Shown: in pieces, positions 1 through 9,115 of the stretch
Numbering within the stretch: position 1 is the first letter of the stretch
Layout of the letters: each line of letters opens with the position of its first letter
From: Candidatus Poribacteria bacterium
GTDB lineage: Bacteria > Poribacteria > WGA-4E > PCPOR2b
NCBI GenBank assembly: GCA_965208675.1
Contig: OZ242351.1
Span: forward strand, 3,552,001 to 3,616,000
Direction: 5' to 3'
DNA: 64,000 bases
Made by a program: the position numbers and the translations under genes
Notes under the pieces: generated by a model
The model's database searches: none
What the model was told of the DNA's origin: nothing
The model's input: only the letters and a program-made list of their open reading frames with translations

Positions 1-3
1 ATT

Positions 4-75
4 GGTAACCGTTCAGAATTTTACGGCTATATCCTGACTGAACAGCATCAGCCCCTGAACGGTTACCTTTTTTTT
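4..75 (+). terminator. 13-bp inverted repeat followed by a T-run (terminator-like hairpin or small repeat element)
   Basis: GGTAACCGTTCAG (4-16) pairs with CTGAACGGTTACC (55-67), then a T tract; the loop is long (38 nt). Confidence 0.35.
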
Positions 76-306
76 GCCCTTTTCAATTAGAGATTAACAA
101 CCTGTTTGAAAGTTTATTTCTTACAGCACCAGTTGCCTTAAGCCAAAGCCCCAGAGGGGCGACAGATTATAACTCAAACGCCCAAGAATCGGTTTACCGC
201 CTATTTTTCAAACAGGCTCGAAGAGCAATCTTACTGCGTCGCTCAAGCACATTGAAACGGGAAACGGTGCTTTGCAGCACGGTACGTAACGCAGACAGGA
301 AAACCA

Positions 307-1056
307 ATGGAAACGGAAAAATTCTGGTATTTGAAGCACACTAACATCTTTGCCGGCATGACGGATGTGGACTACGGCGATCTGAATCGAATGGCGGACA
401 TGGTGCGCTACAATCGCCATGAGCAGGTCCGAGGCCAAGACGAATCGGAGGATGTCATCTATCTGATCAAGGAGGGGCGGGTCAAAATCTACAAGCCTTT
501 GCCGGAAGAAAAAGAACTGACGCTTGCGGTTCTTGAACCGGGGGAAATCTTCGGGGAGACGGCGATGTTTGAGGAGGAACCGGGTGGCGGAATCGCAGAG
601 ACATTAGATGACATGCTGCTTTGCGTCATACGCCGGCGAGACTTTGGAATCCTGCTGCGCAAAAAGCCGGAGTTGGCAATGCGTACCGCGATTATGGTTG
701 GAGTGAAAAGACGATGTATCGAAAACCGGCTTGAAAATTTGGTATTTCGCAGTGTGTCCTCGCGGCTGGCACTGCTGTTGATTGCCTTAGCGGAAAAAGA
801 CGGCATCCGCGAAAGCCGGGGAATCAGGTTGAGCGTAAAACTTTCAGAACAGAAATTGGCGCGTTTAACTGCAACTCCACGCGAGACAACGAGCCCGCTT
901 CTCAATGAAATTGAACGCTTGGGGTATATCGAAATCCGGCGTCGCCGAATCAAAATTTTGAATCAGTGGGCATTGAAAAAAATTGCAGATGATAGAATGA
1001 GAGAATTATCGATTCAAGAAGATCCAGAACCGACAGATGATTTTGCCGGTCTTTAA
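307..1056 (+). CDS. Crp/Fnr family transcriptional regulator
   Basis: cNMP-binding-like domain (YLIKEGRVKI, PGEIFGE) and C-terminal HTH (LSEQKLARL..TPRETTS); no N-terminal Fe-S Cys cluster; AGGA RBS. Confidence 0.9.
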   Translation: METEKFWYLKHTNIFAGMTDVDYGDLNRMADMVRYNRHEQVRGQDESEDVIYLIKEGRVKIYKPLPEEKELTLAVLEPGEIFGETAMFEEEPGGGIAETLDDMLLCVIRRRDFGILLRKKPELAMRTAIMVGVKRRCIENRLENLVFRSVSSRLALLLIALAEKDGIRESRGIRLSVKLSEQKLARLTATPRETTSPLLNEIERLGYIEIRRRRIKILNQWALKKIADDRMRELSIQEDPEPTDDFAGL

Positions 1057-1257
1057 GCCCACTAATTAACCCTTTTATCCAGGAGCTAGTTGGACAGATT
1101 TGCTTGTGTGGGAGTAGCGTAAGGTGATTTAATGGGTTCTGGCAGAAGATGTTCTGAACAAGGGGGTTGAATTAATCGTTAAACCAGAGGAGAGCAGACG
1201 CACAATGGTAATTCATGACGCCGCGATGTGTTCCGCCCAAAAAAAGAAAGATTTAAT

Positions 1258-1860
1258 TCAAACTCCGTTAGGTAGGCAACAGCTATTGTAGCGAGTGATA
1301 CCAACGGTTATACAAGAGAATGGGTTTAAATGGGAGTGGAAGCGAAATATTTCACCTCCACATCTCAGATGTTCAATGGGATTGCGCGTTACAGTTGTGT
1401 GCTGGTTGAAGGTTGTGTTGTTTTTTTTAATGAAGCGACAGTCTTCAAGTAACTTACTACGAGAATACGAATTTTCGAGTGATGAACTCAACGGTTGATC
1501 GGGGTTCCCGGTGTTTTTGGCAACATGTTGCGAGACTTCACACAAAGTAACTAGTTTGTTTTCCAACCGGCTCTCCGGTACCGTTTCCGAATCCTACTCC
1601 TGTTGGAATGCCTCAAAGACAATAGACAATCGCTCTATACACGAATCGCAATCGGAAACGTCCTCCACCAAAGTGGCGTGCATTCCGATTTGCGGATGGG
1701 TTGCAGGTACGGAGGGGTGTTGATCGAAGTCAAAGCGCGCGGAATCGACAGCCGCGGAAGTTGAATTTGGCATAGAAGATCGATCCATTTTATATGCAGA
1801 AAAGCAGAGCAGAATTGTGCAGACACAAAGTGACGATAACGTGACCCAATACGCCTTCAT
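1258..1860 (-). pseudogene. Putative exported protein interrupted by an in-frame TAG
   Basis: ORF 1594-1860 has a signal-like N-terminus and an ATGA overlap with the upstream gene; ORF 1258-1566 is in the same frame, separated only by TAG at 1594-1596. Confidence 0.4.
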
Positions 1861-3263
1861 CTAGGATCCTCCTCTTTGCTAAAGTCCTGCTCCACCGGCT
1901 CCGCGCCCTCCGGATCATCTTTACGTACGTCGTTGAGGTCCTTTGCCTCCGGCACGGACCGCGCGCTCTCAATATCTTCCACCGAAAACTGTTCTCTTAA
2001 CGTGGGTGCAAGTCGCGCGTCTACGGGGACGGAGGGAGCCACCGATGGCGCTTTCGATTTGAACTTTTCACTTTCAACCAACGGTGCAGTCCTGGCACGG
2101 TGGACTTCGGTGTTTGAGATTGTGGAATCTTCCCACGCTTCTGTCGGTTCAGATTCCGGTACAAAATCCGTAGGTTCGTTTTCAGTGGAGGGGGAAGGGT
2201 TTGTGATATTACGCAATTCGGAAGTAGGGGAAACGTCGAATGCGTCTTCTGACTCGATGCGTTTTCCCACCAAATTCATCCATTCACGGTATGCTTCTGG
2301 GTCCTCATGGAAACGCAACAACAACCAATCCGCATTTTCACGATTCGTCGAAAATACCTTCACGCCATCGACTCCCCCGAACTGATTGATCGCTACAGCG
2401 AAACGCTCTGCCATCTCATCGTCCTCTTCCTCTGGTGCTTGATTGGGATATTTCGCTTTGTACTCCGCTTCAAGGCTTCGTTGATGTTGAGCAATAATGT
2501 CAGCAACATCTATCTCTCCTGCTTCTGTCAAGCCGTGTGCAACAAAGAGTTGAAGCATATCGTCGAGCGTCTTTGGATTTTGTCGCTCCAATTGTTCTTG
2601 AAAAGACTCGGATTCCACGATCTTCATTAGTTTTTGGACAGTTGGGTCTTTAGCTTGATCGGGAGTAAAGAATTGAGTCATCAAATTAACCATTATTTTC
2701 ACGGAGGGGGAAGCAGATGTTGAGGCTTTCCTCTTTGGCCCCCTGTTATGAGTTGACGATTTATCCACGGTCATCCGCTGCACACCCGATTCTTTTCCTA
2801 CGGTATGTGATTTATCGCTGCTGATCTCCAGGTACTTCAGGTAAAAGAGAGGTCCAAAAGTAATTAGACTAGCGCCAATAGGGATGTAAGTCTGCCATAT
2901 TGGAGTTGACCACTTAGACCCCGCATTTTTTTGTGAATGCAATAAGTGTCCAAATATAAAAAAAACACCGACTAACATCGAAATGATGCTCAAATATATA
3001 TCACCGCTTATCAGAATATATAACGAGCCACAAAAAATCATCACGGCTACTACAATCACGTAACGGTTTTCATTTCCTGGAAATTTCCGGATTGCATTCA
3101 GAAAAACTTCAAGTAGCGTCAGGCCAATGCCGATTAATCCCATCGTTAAAGCACTCTGAATCCATCCTTCTATCCAAAAAGATAATGAAAAGCCAAAAAA
3201 TACAGCCGCTGGTAAATATCGTAGGATCACAGTAAGTTTTTTTCCAATATCCAAGATTGCCAT
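1857..3263 (-). CDS. Hypothetical membrane protein (about 5 N-terminal TM helices, acidic helical C-terminal domain)
   Basis: Long ORF; likely ATG at 3263 (MAILDIG); hydrophobic N-terminal third and a Pro/Ser/Glu-rich tail. Confidence 0.7.
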   Translation of the reverse strand: MAILDIGKKLTVILRYLPAAVFFGFSLSFWIEGWIQSALTMGLIGIGLTLLEVFLNAIRKFPGNENRYVIVVAVMIFCGSLYILISGDIYLSIISMLVGVFFIFGHLLHSQKNAGSKWSTPIWQTYIPIGASLITFGPLFYLKYLEISSDKSHTVGKESGVQRMTVDKSSTHNRGPKRKASTSASPSVKIMVNLMTQFFTPDQAKDPTVQKLMKIVESESFQEQLERQNPKTLDDMLQLFVAHGLTEAGEIDVADIIAQHQRSLEAEYKAKYPNQAPEEEDDEMAERFAVAINQFGGVDGVKVFSTNRENADWLLLRFHEDPEAYREWMNLVGKRIESEDAFDVSPTSELRNITNPSPSTENEPTDFVPESEPTEAWEDSTISNTEVHRARTAPLVESEKFKSKAPSVAPSVPVDARLAPTLREQFSVEDIESARSVPEAKDLNDVRKDDPEGAEPVEQDFSKEEDPR

Positions 3264-3353
3264 AGGAATGCCCCAGTGCTTCTGTGTAGGCGGATAGGGA
3301 AGCAACCTACCTCTATCCGCTTACGTTCGTACAATAATTAGAAATCAGATATA

Positions 3354-3662
3354 TCACGAAATTGCCGCGTGTTCCCTTTCGTGTGCATCTCGACAATCGT
3401 TTAAGGCCTGTCTCTTGCTATTTGCATCAAGTGTTGCGAGACCAACAGCAGCCGTTGCCGCGGCGCAAGCGATGCCACCCGGAATTGTGAAAACCTGTGG
3501 CGGTCTACAAAGCAACATCGCAAACGTGGTGGCAACACCCACTCTTCCCATCGCAGCCCAATATGCATCACTTTGGGACTTGCATGGATCGGTAGAATGG
3601 TCACAGTGCGCGTATACATCGCGTATACACAAGGAATAGCTAACCACTGACACAATTATCAT
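3354..3662 (-). CDS. Small Cys-containing, Ala/Gly-rich putative exported peptide
   Basis: Signal-like N-terminus ending VYA, 6 Cys, two hydrophobic Ala-rich segments; co-oriented with the downstream membrane protein. Confidence 0.45.
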   Translation of the reverse strand: MIIVSVVSYSLCIRDVYAHCDHSTDPCKSQSDAYWAAMGRVGVATTFAMLLCRPPQVFTIPGGIACAAATAAVGLATLDANSKRQALNDCRDAHEREHAAIS

Positions 3663-3883
3663 AAGCTATTTTGACGGAAAAGTAAAACGAATTCTAATCT
3701 TCTGATGCCTGTAATTCCGCAACTCTTTCAAACAATTTTAACCATTCCTCTGTTGTTTTTGGACAATTTTCCTGAAACCTTTGGTCATCGACATCATCGT
3801 CATTCGTATGCAAATCTTGTATTAGTGGTATTGTAATCACCTCCATTCATGGGGGTTTGGTTGAGCGCTGTGGTGGTGCTCAG

Positions 3884-4131
3884 CCACAAAGAGATTTGCA
3901 GCGTTTTCCATGAAGTGTTGGCGCCATTTGGACAGTAAGGTATCGCTGATTTGATATTCGTTACAAATTTCAACTGGGCGTTTCCGCCCACTGATGATAT
4001 TTAGCACACATTCGAGCTTAAATTCGGGTGTAAATTGCCGTCTTGACTTCGACATGATAGCCCCTTTCTGGACGGTTAGTTATTATAAAATCCTTACTTA
4101 GCTCACTGTCCAGTTTTTTGGGGTCATTTCA
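3884..4131 (-). mobile_element. Truncated IS3-family element (left end plus 5' part of orfA)
   Basis: Near-identical to 54623-54868, including the terminal TGAAATGACCCCAAAAAACTGGACAG and orfA MSKSRRQFTPEFKLECV; homology ends near 3884. Confidence 0.9.
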
Positions 4132-4133
4132 AT

Positions 4134-4262
4134 GATATCCCCTCTTCAATGCAAGGCAAATCTCTCGTAACAGGTCTCGGCGCACAAGATAGTTTGAATA
4201 ATCCGCTCGATGATGAGACGCTGATATCAGAGCGGCTCAAAGGGTTGGGATATATTTCCTAG
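4134..4262 (+). pseudogene. C-terminal remnant of an alkaline-phosphatase-superfamily (sulfatase/phosphodiesterase-like) gene
   Basis: Translates as DIPSSMQGKSL...DETLISERLKGLGYIS*, a typical C-terminal signature; it starts right at the IS3 end. Confidence 0.6.
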
Positions 4263-4384
4263 GGTATGCTTCCTGTCTTTTCCAACACTCATTCCTGGTT
4301 TTTTTATCGTCCTCCACGGCTCTATCCTACCATTCTCACCCAAAACCTAGACATTTCATTAAGGTGGCCCTCCCATTGGGTATT

Positions 4385-4487
4385 GCACAGTTTGTGGACA
4401 GCCCCGTTCATTTATTGGACAGTTTTTCAAGCAATGTTCGCTGTCACGCCATATTTTAAAACATTTCAAATTGGCACCATACTTGCT
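4385..4487 (+). promoter_or_regulatory. Sigma54-type promoter with two upstream palindromic boxes
   Basis: TTGGCACCATACTTGCT (4471-4487; GG-N10-GC); GCACAGTTTGTGGAC (4385) and GTTCATTTATTGGAC (4406) lie 21 bp apart. Confidence 0.6.
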
Positions 4488-4574
4488 ATAATTTATGCAA
4501 GCGTTTTACCTCAATTTGAGAAAGCACAGAATACAGTAAAAAAGCAGCCTATATACAAATGGGAGAATTAGTCC

Positions 4575-5315
4575 ATGCGTATAAAATCTTTAAGTAAATA
4601 TGAAAAGTTGGTCGTTGTATTTGCGATTATCGGATTTGTGGGTGCCGCCGCATATTTGATCGTTAGAGAAATGTACGTTGAAGATACCACGGTAACTGTC
4701 TATGAGGTTGGCGATCCAATTAAACCAGAATACCACTCGAACCGACATCTGGCGAGCGGACACTCGCCTAACCGCGCGACTAAGACAATCGAATCGAGTG
4801 GAAGCTCGATTACATCAGAGACGCCCCTAACAAATGATTACACAGGTGAGGTAGAAGTTCTTGATGGTAGCGGAAAAGCCGATTTGGCCCCACAAGATGT
4901 GGAAATTTCAAGTGCCGATTCATACATGCCCGTTGAAGGATCGCCGCAATATCGACCGAAATACTCTCACGTGCAGGGATATATAGTCGACCGCGATGAA
5001 CTCGTCAGACGGTTCGGAGATTTTCCACAAGTGCACACAGCATATGAGTACCTGCGAAAAGCTTCTATGGGGAAGGAAAAAACAACCAAAGAAGAGATTG
5101 CCGGGATAGAAGCATTGAAATATCTCTATCCTGAGCTACACACTCCGGTACATGAAGAGTTTTTGCAGGCACTAAAAGAAGATAGAGTTATCCCAATAGG
5201 GCAGTTGACTTCGCCTGAACTATTTGATGCCATAAATGCACTTCAAGGAGCTACCTTATCTCCTGAGATGTATGAAGCGTTAAAAAATGGTAGATTACCT
5301 TTGTACGGCCACTAA
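4575..5315 (+). CDS. Hypothetical protein with N-terminal membrane anchor
   Basis: GGAGA RBS, one TM helix, Ser/Thr-rich linker, helical C-terminal domain. Confidence 0.7.
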   Translation: MRIKSLSKYEKLVVVFAIIGFVGAAAYLIVREMYVEDTTVTVYEVGDPIKPEYHSNRHLASGHSPNRATKTIESSGSSITSETPLTNDYTGEVEVLDGSGKADLAPQDVEISSADSYMPVEGSPQYRPKYSHVQGYIVDRDELVRRFGDFPQVHTAYEYLRKASMGKEKTTKEEIAGIEALKYLYPELHTPVHEEFLQALKEDRVIPIGQLTSPELFDAINALQGATLSPEMYEALKNGRLPLYGH

Positions 5316-5408
5316 AGCAAGCACTTGAAACGGCTTTAGCTTGAGGCATTCTTCGGAACGATTTATTCGTCTCTTGCAGATAATAAATTCTAATCTCAAC
5401 ACAAAGTA

Positions 5409-6548
5409 ATGGAGGACACGTCAATGACATCGAAAAATCGACGCAAACACGCAACTATTGTATTGGGACTCATCATTTTTATCAGCCAGCCTTTTTATGG
5501 GGCAAGCCAAGCCGCGGATGCTTCAGAATACCGTGAGTTGAATCAGCAAGTGATAGAAGCGATTGATCGGGGGCTTAATTGGCTGAAACTACAGCAAGGG
5601 GAGGACGGGTTTTTTCGCGATCACCCCGGGTTAACCGCTCTGGCAATATCTGCGTTCTTGCGGCACCCTGAAAATAGGTTTAAGGAAGCCGAACATCCGT
5701 TTATCCAAAAGTCAATTGAGGCATTGCTCAAATTACAGCAACCCAATGGCGGGATTTATGATGTAGATAAACAGCCCGCGTTGCCGAACTACAATACCTC
5801 CGTCGCGTTACTAGCGCTGTCAGATACGAACAACCCCAAATACAAAGACGCGATTGAGAATGCGCAGAATTTTGTCAAAGGACTTCAAGTTCAGGATACG
5901 GAAAGCGTGTATTACGGCGGTATCGGTTATGGAAGCCGCGAGACCGTGCACGATTTATCCAATCTGAACTTTGCGCTTCAATCCTTAAAAGAGAGCGGTG
6001 TTGAAGATCAGGCTGTATGGGACAAAGCCATCAAGTTTCTCGAAAGGTGCCAAAATAACAGCGAAACCAATGATCAGCGTTGGGCTGGGAACGACGGCGG
6101 TTTTATTTATGCCCCTGACGGCGAGAGCAAAGCGGGGAGCAACAAATCCTATGCGAGCATGACGTATGCGGGGTTGTTGAGTTTTATCTACGCCAATGTT
6201 GAAAAAGACGACCCGCGTGTGCAGGCTGCCGTCAATTGGATAAAGCAGCACTTCACCGTTGAAGAAAACTACGGTATGGGCAAACAGGGACTTTACTATA
6301 ATTACCATACAATGGCAAAAGCGCTCAAAACCTACGATGAAGCTGTTATTGTCGATGCTAAAGGCATCTCTCACGATTGGTACAGGGTACTCGCCGAAAA
6401 ACTTATCTCCGAGCAGATTGTTTTAGATACGGAGCAATCCCAAGGGTACTGGCAGAACTCGGAAGCGAGATGGTGGGAACGCGATCCCGTACTGGTAACC
6501 TCCTATTCGGTATTGGCGCTCGCCGCAGCGTACCGACCGTCGTCATAG
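5409..6548 (+). CDS. Secreted prenyltransferase/squalene-oxidase-repeat (terpene cyclase/mutase-like) protein
   Basis: Signal peptide; QW-type repeats (WLKLQQGEDG, LLKLQQPNGG, FLERCQN..NDGGFIY); no DxDD motif. Confidence 0.8.
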   Translation: MEDTSMTSKNRRKHATIVLGLIIFISQPFYGASQAADASEYRELNQQVIEAIDRGLNWLKLQQGEDGFFRDHPGLTALAISAFLRHPENRFKEAEHPFIQKSIEALLKLQQPNGGIYDVDKQPALPNYNTSVALLALSDTNNPKYKDAIENAQNFVKGLQVQDTESVYYGGIGYGSRETVHDLSNLNFALQSLKESGVEDQAVWDKAIKFLERCQNNSETNDQRWAGNDGGFIYAPDGESKAGSNKSYASMTYAGLLSFIYANVEKDDPRVQAAVNWIKQHFTVEENYGMGKQGLYYNYHTMAKALKTYDEAVIVDAKGISHDWYRVLAEKLISEQIVLDTEQSQGYWQNSEARWWERDPVLVTSYSVLALAAAYRPSS

Positions 6549-6577
6549 CTAGCATATTTAATTGATTGTACTAACAT

Positions 6578-6606
6578 AGCCCAAGCTGTGCGCTTGGGCT
6601 TTTTTT
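6578..6606 (+). terminator. Rho-independent terminator
   Basis: Stem AGCCCAAGC/GCTTGGGCT followed by a T-run. Confidence 0.85.
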
Positions 6607-6696
6607 ATGTTAGCGCGGCGTTGACGGTCTTCTGTGGACAATCTTTTTGGGAAGGGTTTGTCAACTATGACCAGTCTCGGCAACACAGTTAGAAGA

Positions 6697-6760
6697 GTCA
6701 CGGATATCCGTGACCAGCTTTATTTTAACGCTTGATCTCTATTTGCGGGAATGCTATAAT
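6697..6760 (+). promoter_or_regulatory. Palindromic operator candidate and sigma70 promoter of the Rieske/cyt b operon
   Basis: GTCACGGATATCCGTGAC (6697-6714); TTGATC-17 bp-TATAAT with extended TG (6732-6760). Confidence 0.6.
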
Positions 6761-6801
6761 ACGCGCCGTGAATTCAATCTTTGAAGTGTGAGGTGGCAAA
6801 C

Positions 6802-7290
6802 GTGTTATCTCGACGCCAGTTTTTTCAATCGTCAGGCTGGGCGATTTTTACGGCTGCTTTAGGATTTGCCTTCGGTCCCGGATTAGTTAGGTATTTATAT
6901 CCGCGCGTCCTTTTTGAGCCGTCGTCCGTCTTTAAGGCGGGATTTCCGGCTGAATATCCCCCCGGCACTGTGAGCGAACGGTGGAAAAAAACGCCGTATG
7001 GGGTTTGGATCGCTCGAAAAGAAGATGGCGAGTTTTATGCGCTGTTAGCAATCTGCACTCATCTAGGTTGCACGCCGCGATGGTTCGGGGCGGAGAACAA
7101 GTTCAAGTGCCCCTGCCACGGGAGCGGTTTTGATCGGGAAGGCATTAACTATGAAGGGCCTGCGCCGCGTCCGCTTGAGCGTGTAAAAATTTCTCTGGCA
7201 GAGGACGGGCAACTGTTAATTGATAAATCCATCAAATTCCTATATGAGAAAGATCAGTGGGACAATCCGGGAGCGTCGTTAAAGGCTTAG
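6802..7290 (+). CDS. qcrA: Rieske 2Fe-2S subunit of a Rieske/cytochrome b complex
   Basis: Tat motif SRRQFF; CTHLGC and CPCHGS boxes; GPAPRPL; GTG start after GAGGTGG. Confidence 0.93.
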   Translation: MLSRRQFFQSSGWAIFTAALGFAFGPGLVRYLYPRVLFEPSSVFKAGFPAEYPPGTVSERWKKTPYGVWIARKEDGEFYALLAICTHLGCTPRWFGAENKFKCPCHGSGFDREGINYEGPAPRPLERVKISLAEDGQLLIDKSIKFLYEKDQWDNPGASLKA

Positions 7291-7399
7291 TTGAATTTGT
7301 TGTTCCAAAAGCATATTTCTGATAAAAGAAAGGGGTTATCCAGTTTCGCTAGACAGGACTGCAATAGGGTTCTGTACAGGCATGGGCTGCTGATTTCTA

Positions 7400-8170
7400 A
7401 TGGACGAAAAACGTAACGGACTCAAGGAAAAGATAACAAACTCCCAAATTTGGCGCTCCATGTTTCGGCATGGATACGAAAAGACCGGGAGGCGGTATAC
7501 CCTCCAAATTCTCCAGAACGTCTGGCTGCATTTGCACCCGCCTCGTGTGCCTCGGCACGGCATCAACTTCCGGTTTACATGGTGCATGGGCGGAATTACC
7601 TTCTTGATGTTTCTTGTCACTGCGGTGACAGGTGTATTGCTTATGTTTTACTACCGCCCCACGGCTGAATACGCCTTTCGGGATATCCAGTATCTTGAAT
7701 TTGATATTCCTTTCGGAATGCTGCTTCGGAATATGCACCGCTGGGCAGCGCACGGTATGGTCATCGCTGTGATGCTTCACATGTTCCGGGTTTTCCTGAC
7801 GGGTTCTTACAAAAAACCGCGCGAATTCAATTGGGCGGTTGGCGTTATCCTACTGGTTGTCACCCTCTTTCTCAGCTTTACCGGTTATCTGCTGCCTTGG
7901 GACCAGCTCGCATTATGGGCGGTAACCGTCGGCACAAATATGGCGCGCGCCACGCCGGTTTTGGGGCACGAGGGCCCGTTCGTTCCGCAAGCTATCACGC
8001 AGTCTAATGATGTCCGATTTGTGCTCCTTGGTGGCACGGAGGTAAGCCCTTCGACGCTATTGCGGTTTTATATTCTGCACTGCGTGGGTGTCCCGATTTT
8101 TGCCAGCGTGCTTATGGCACTGCACTTTTGGCGCGTCCGCAAAGACGGCGGAATTTCCGGTCCTCTGTAA
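7400..8170 (+). CDS. qcrB: Cytochrome b6-like (N-terminal cytochrome b) subunit
   Basis: Four heme His ligands (MHRW, MLHMFR, ILHC, ALHFW); heme ci-type Cys in WCMGG; GYLLPWDQ; GISGPL terminus. Confidence 0.93.
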   Translation: MDEKRNGLKEKITNSQIWRSMFRHGYEKTGRRYTLQILQNVWLHLHPPRVPRHGINFRFTWCMGGITFLMFLVTAVTGVLLMFYYRPTAEYAFRDIQYLEFDIPFGMLLRNMHRWAAHGMVIAVMLHMFRVFLTGSYKKPREFNWAVGVILLVVTLFLSFTGYLLPWDQLALWAVTVGTNMARATPVLGHEGPFVPQAITQSNDVRFVLLGGTEVSPSTLLRFYILHCVGVPIFASVLMALHFWRVRKDGGISGPL

Positions 8171-8218
8171 TCATCCAATTGTCTCATTCCAGTCGAAAAA
8201 GTAGAGAGGTAAAAGACT

Positions 8219-9085
8219 ATGGAACCTTTCCTTGCGCTTGTTAGTAAGCCTGATAATGTCCCAATTATTGCTATCATATTTCTCCTGCCATTTTTTACAT
8301 GGCTTGCATTTAGCCAAGGGCGAAGAAACGATAAAGCCGGTACACCCGCTGAGGCGGCGCTCAAAGACAAGGTCTATGTGTGGCCTTACCTTTGCCGCGC
8401 CGAATTCCTTTGCGCGATTATTGTAATGTTGATTCTCGGTGTATGGTCGATTGCGTTGGACGCGCCGTTGGAGGAAATGAGCGACCCGGCAAAGACCCCA
8501 AATCCTTCCAAAGCGCCGTGGTATTTTCTGGCGCTGCAAGAGATGTTAGTGTATTTCGACCCATGGATTGCGGGGGTGGTGCTGCCAGGCTTGATTATCG
8601 CAGGCCTTATCGCTATTCCTTACATAGATATCAATCCCAAGGGAAAAGGGTATTATACGTTGAAGGAACGGCCTTTTGCAATTGCCACCTTCTGTTTCGG
8701 ATTTTTCATGCTGTGGATTGTCTTGATGGTTGTCGGTACGTTCTTGAGGGGGCCCGGATGGAACTTCTTCGCACCATGGGTAAAGTGGGACCCGCACAAA
8801 GTTGTATCGCTGACCAACGTCAACCTGTCTTATAAATTTGGCATCCGCGGCGACCTAACGGCAAACATCTTCGGGTTCATTGTTGTCGCCGGTTACTTTT
8901 CGTTAGGTCCGCTCCTCTATTTCTGGAAGAGAAAGACAAGCCGATTCTTGCAGGAACTCGGGTTGATTCGGTATATTATCGTCTCATTCTTATTTCTGAC
9001 CATGATGGCATTGCCGATTAAAATGATTCTCCGCTGGGTTTGGAATATTAAATATATCTGGGTTTCTCCATGGTTCAATGTATAG
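8219..9085 (+). CDS. Cytochrome b C-terminal / subunit IV-like membrane protein
   Basis: APLEE..DP..TPNPSKAPWYFL (PEWY-equivalent loop), several TM helices, directly after cyt b6. Confidence 0.85.
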   Translation: MEPFLALVSKPDNVPIIAIIFLLPFFTWLAFSQGRRNDKAGTPAEAALKDKVYVWPYLCRAEFLCAIIVMLILGVWSIALDAPLEEMSDPAKTPNPSKAPWYFLALQEMLVYFDPWIAGVVLPGLIIAGLIAIPYIDINPKGKGYYTLKERPFAIATFCFGFFMLWIVLMVVGTFLRGPGWNFFAPWVKWDPHKVVSLTNVNLSYKFGIRGDLTANIFGFIVVAGYFSLGPLLYFWKRKTSRFLQELGLIRYIIVSFLFLTMMALPIKMILRWVWNIKYIWVSPWFNV

Positions 9086-9115
9086 GCGAAATAGGATAAG
9101 GAGGTCTACTGGTTC

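Noticed and set aside
1594-1596. Pyrrolysine or stop-codon reassignment at the in-frame TAG
   Set aside because: TAG terminates many conserved genes in this window and no pyl genes are seen; a nonsense mutation is simpler
4266-4571. 101-aa ORF as a real gene
   Set aside because: It overlaps the promoter and palindrome region, has no RBS and no recognisable motifs
5409-6548. Squalene-hopene or oxidosqualene cyclase
   Set aside because: About half the expected length, has a signal peptide, and lacks DxDD/DCTAE
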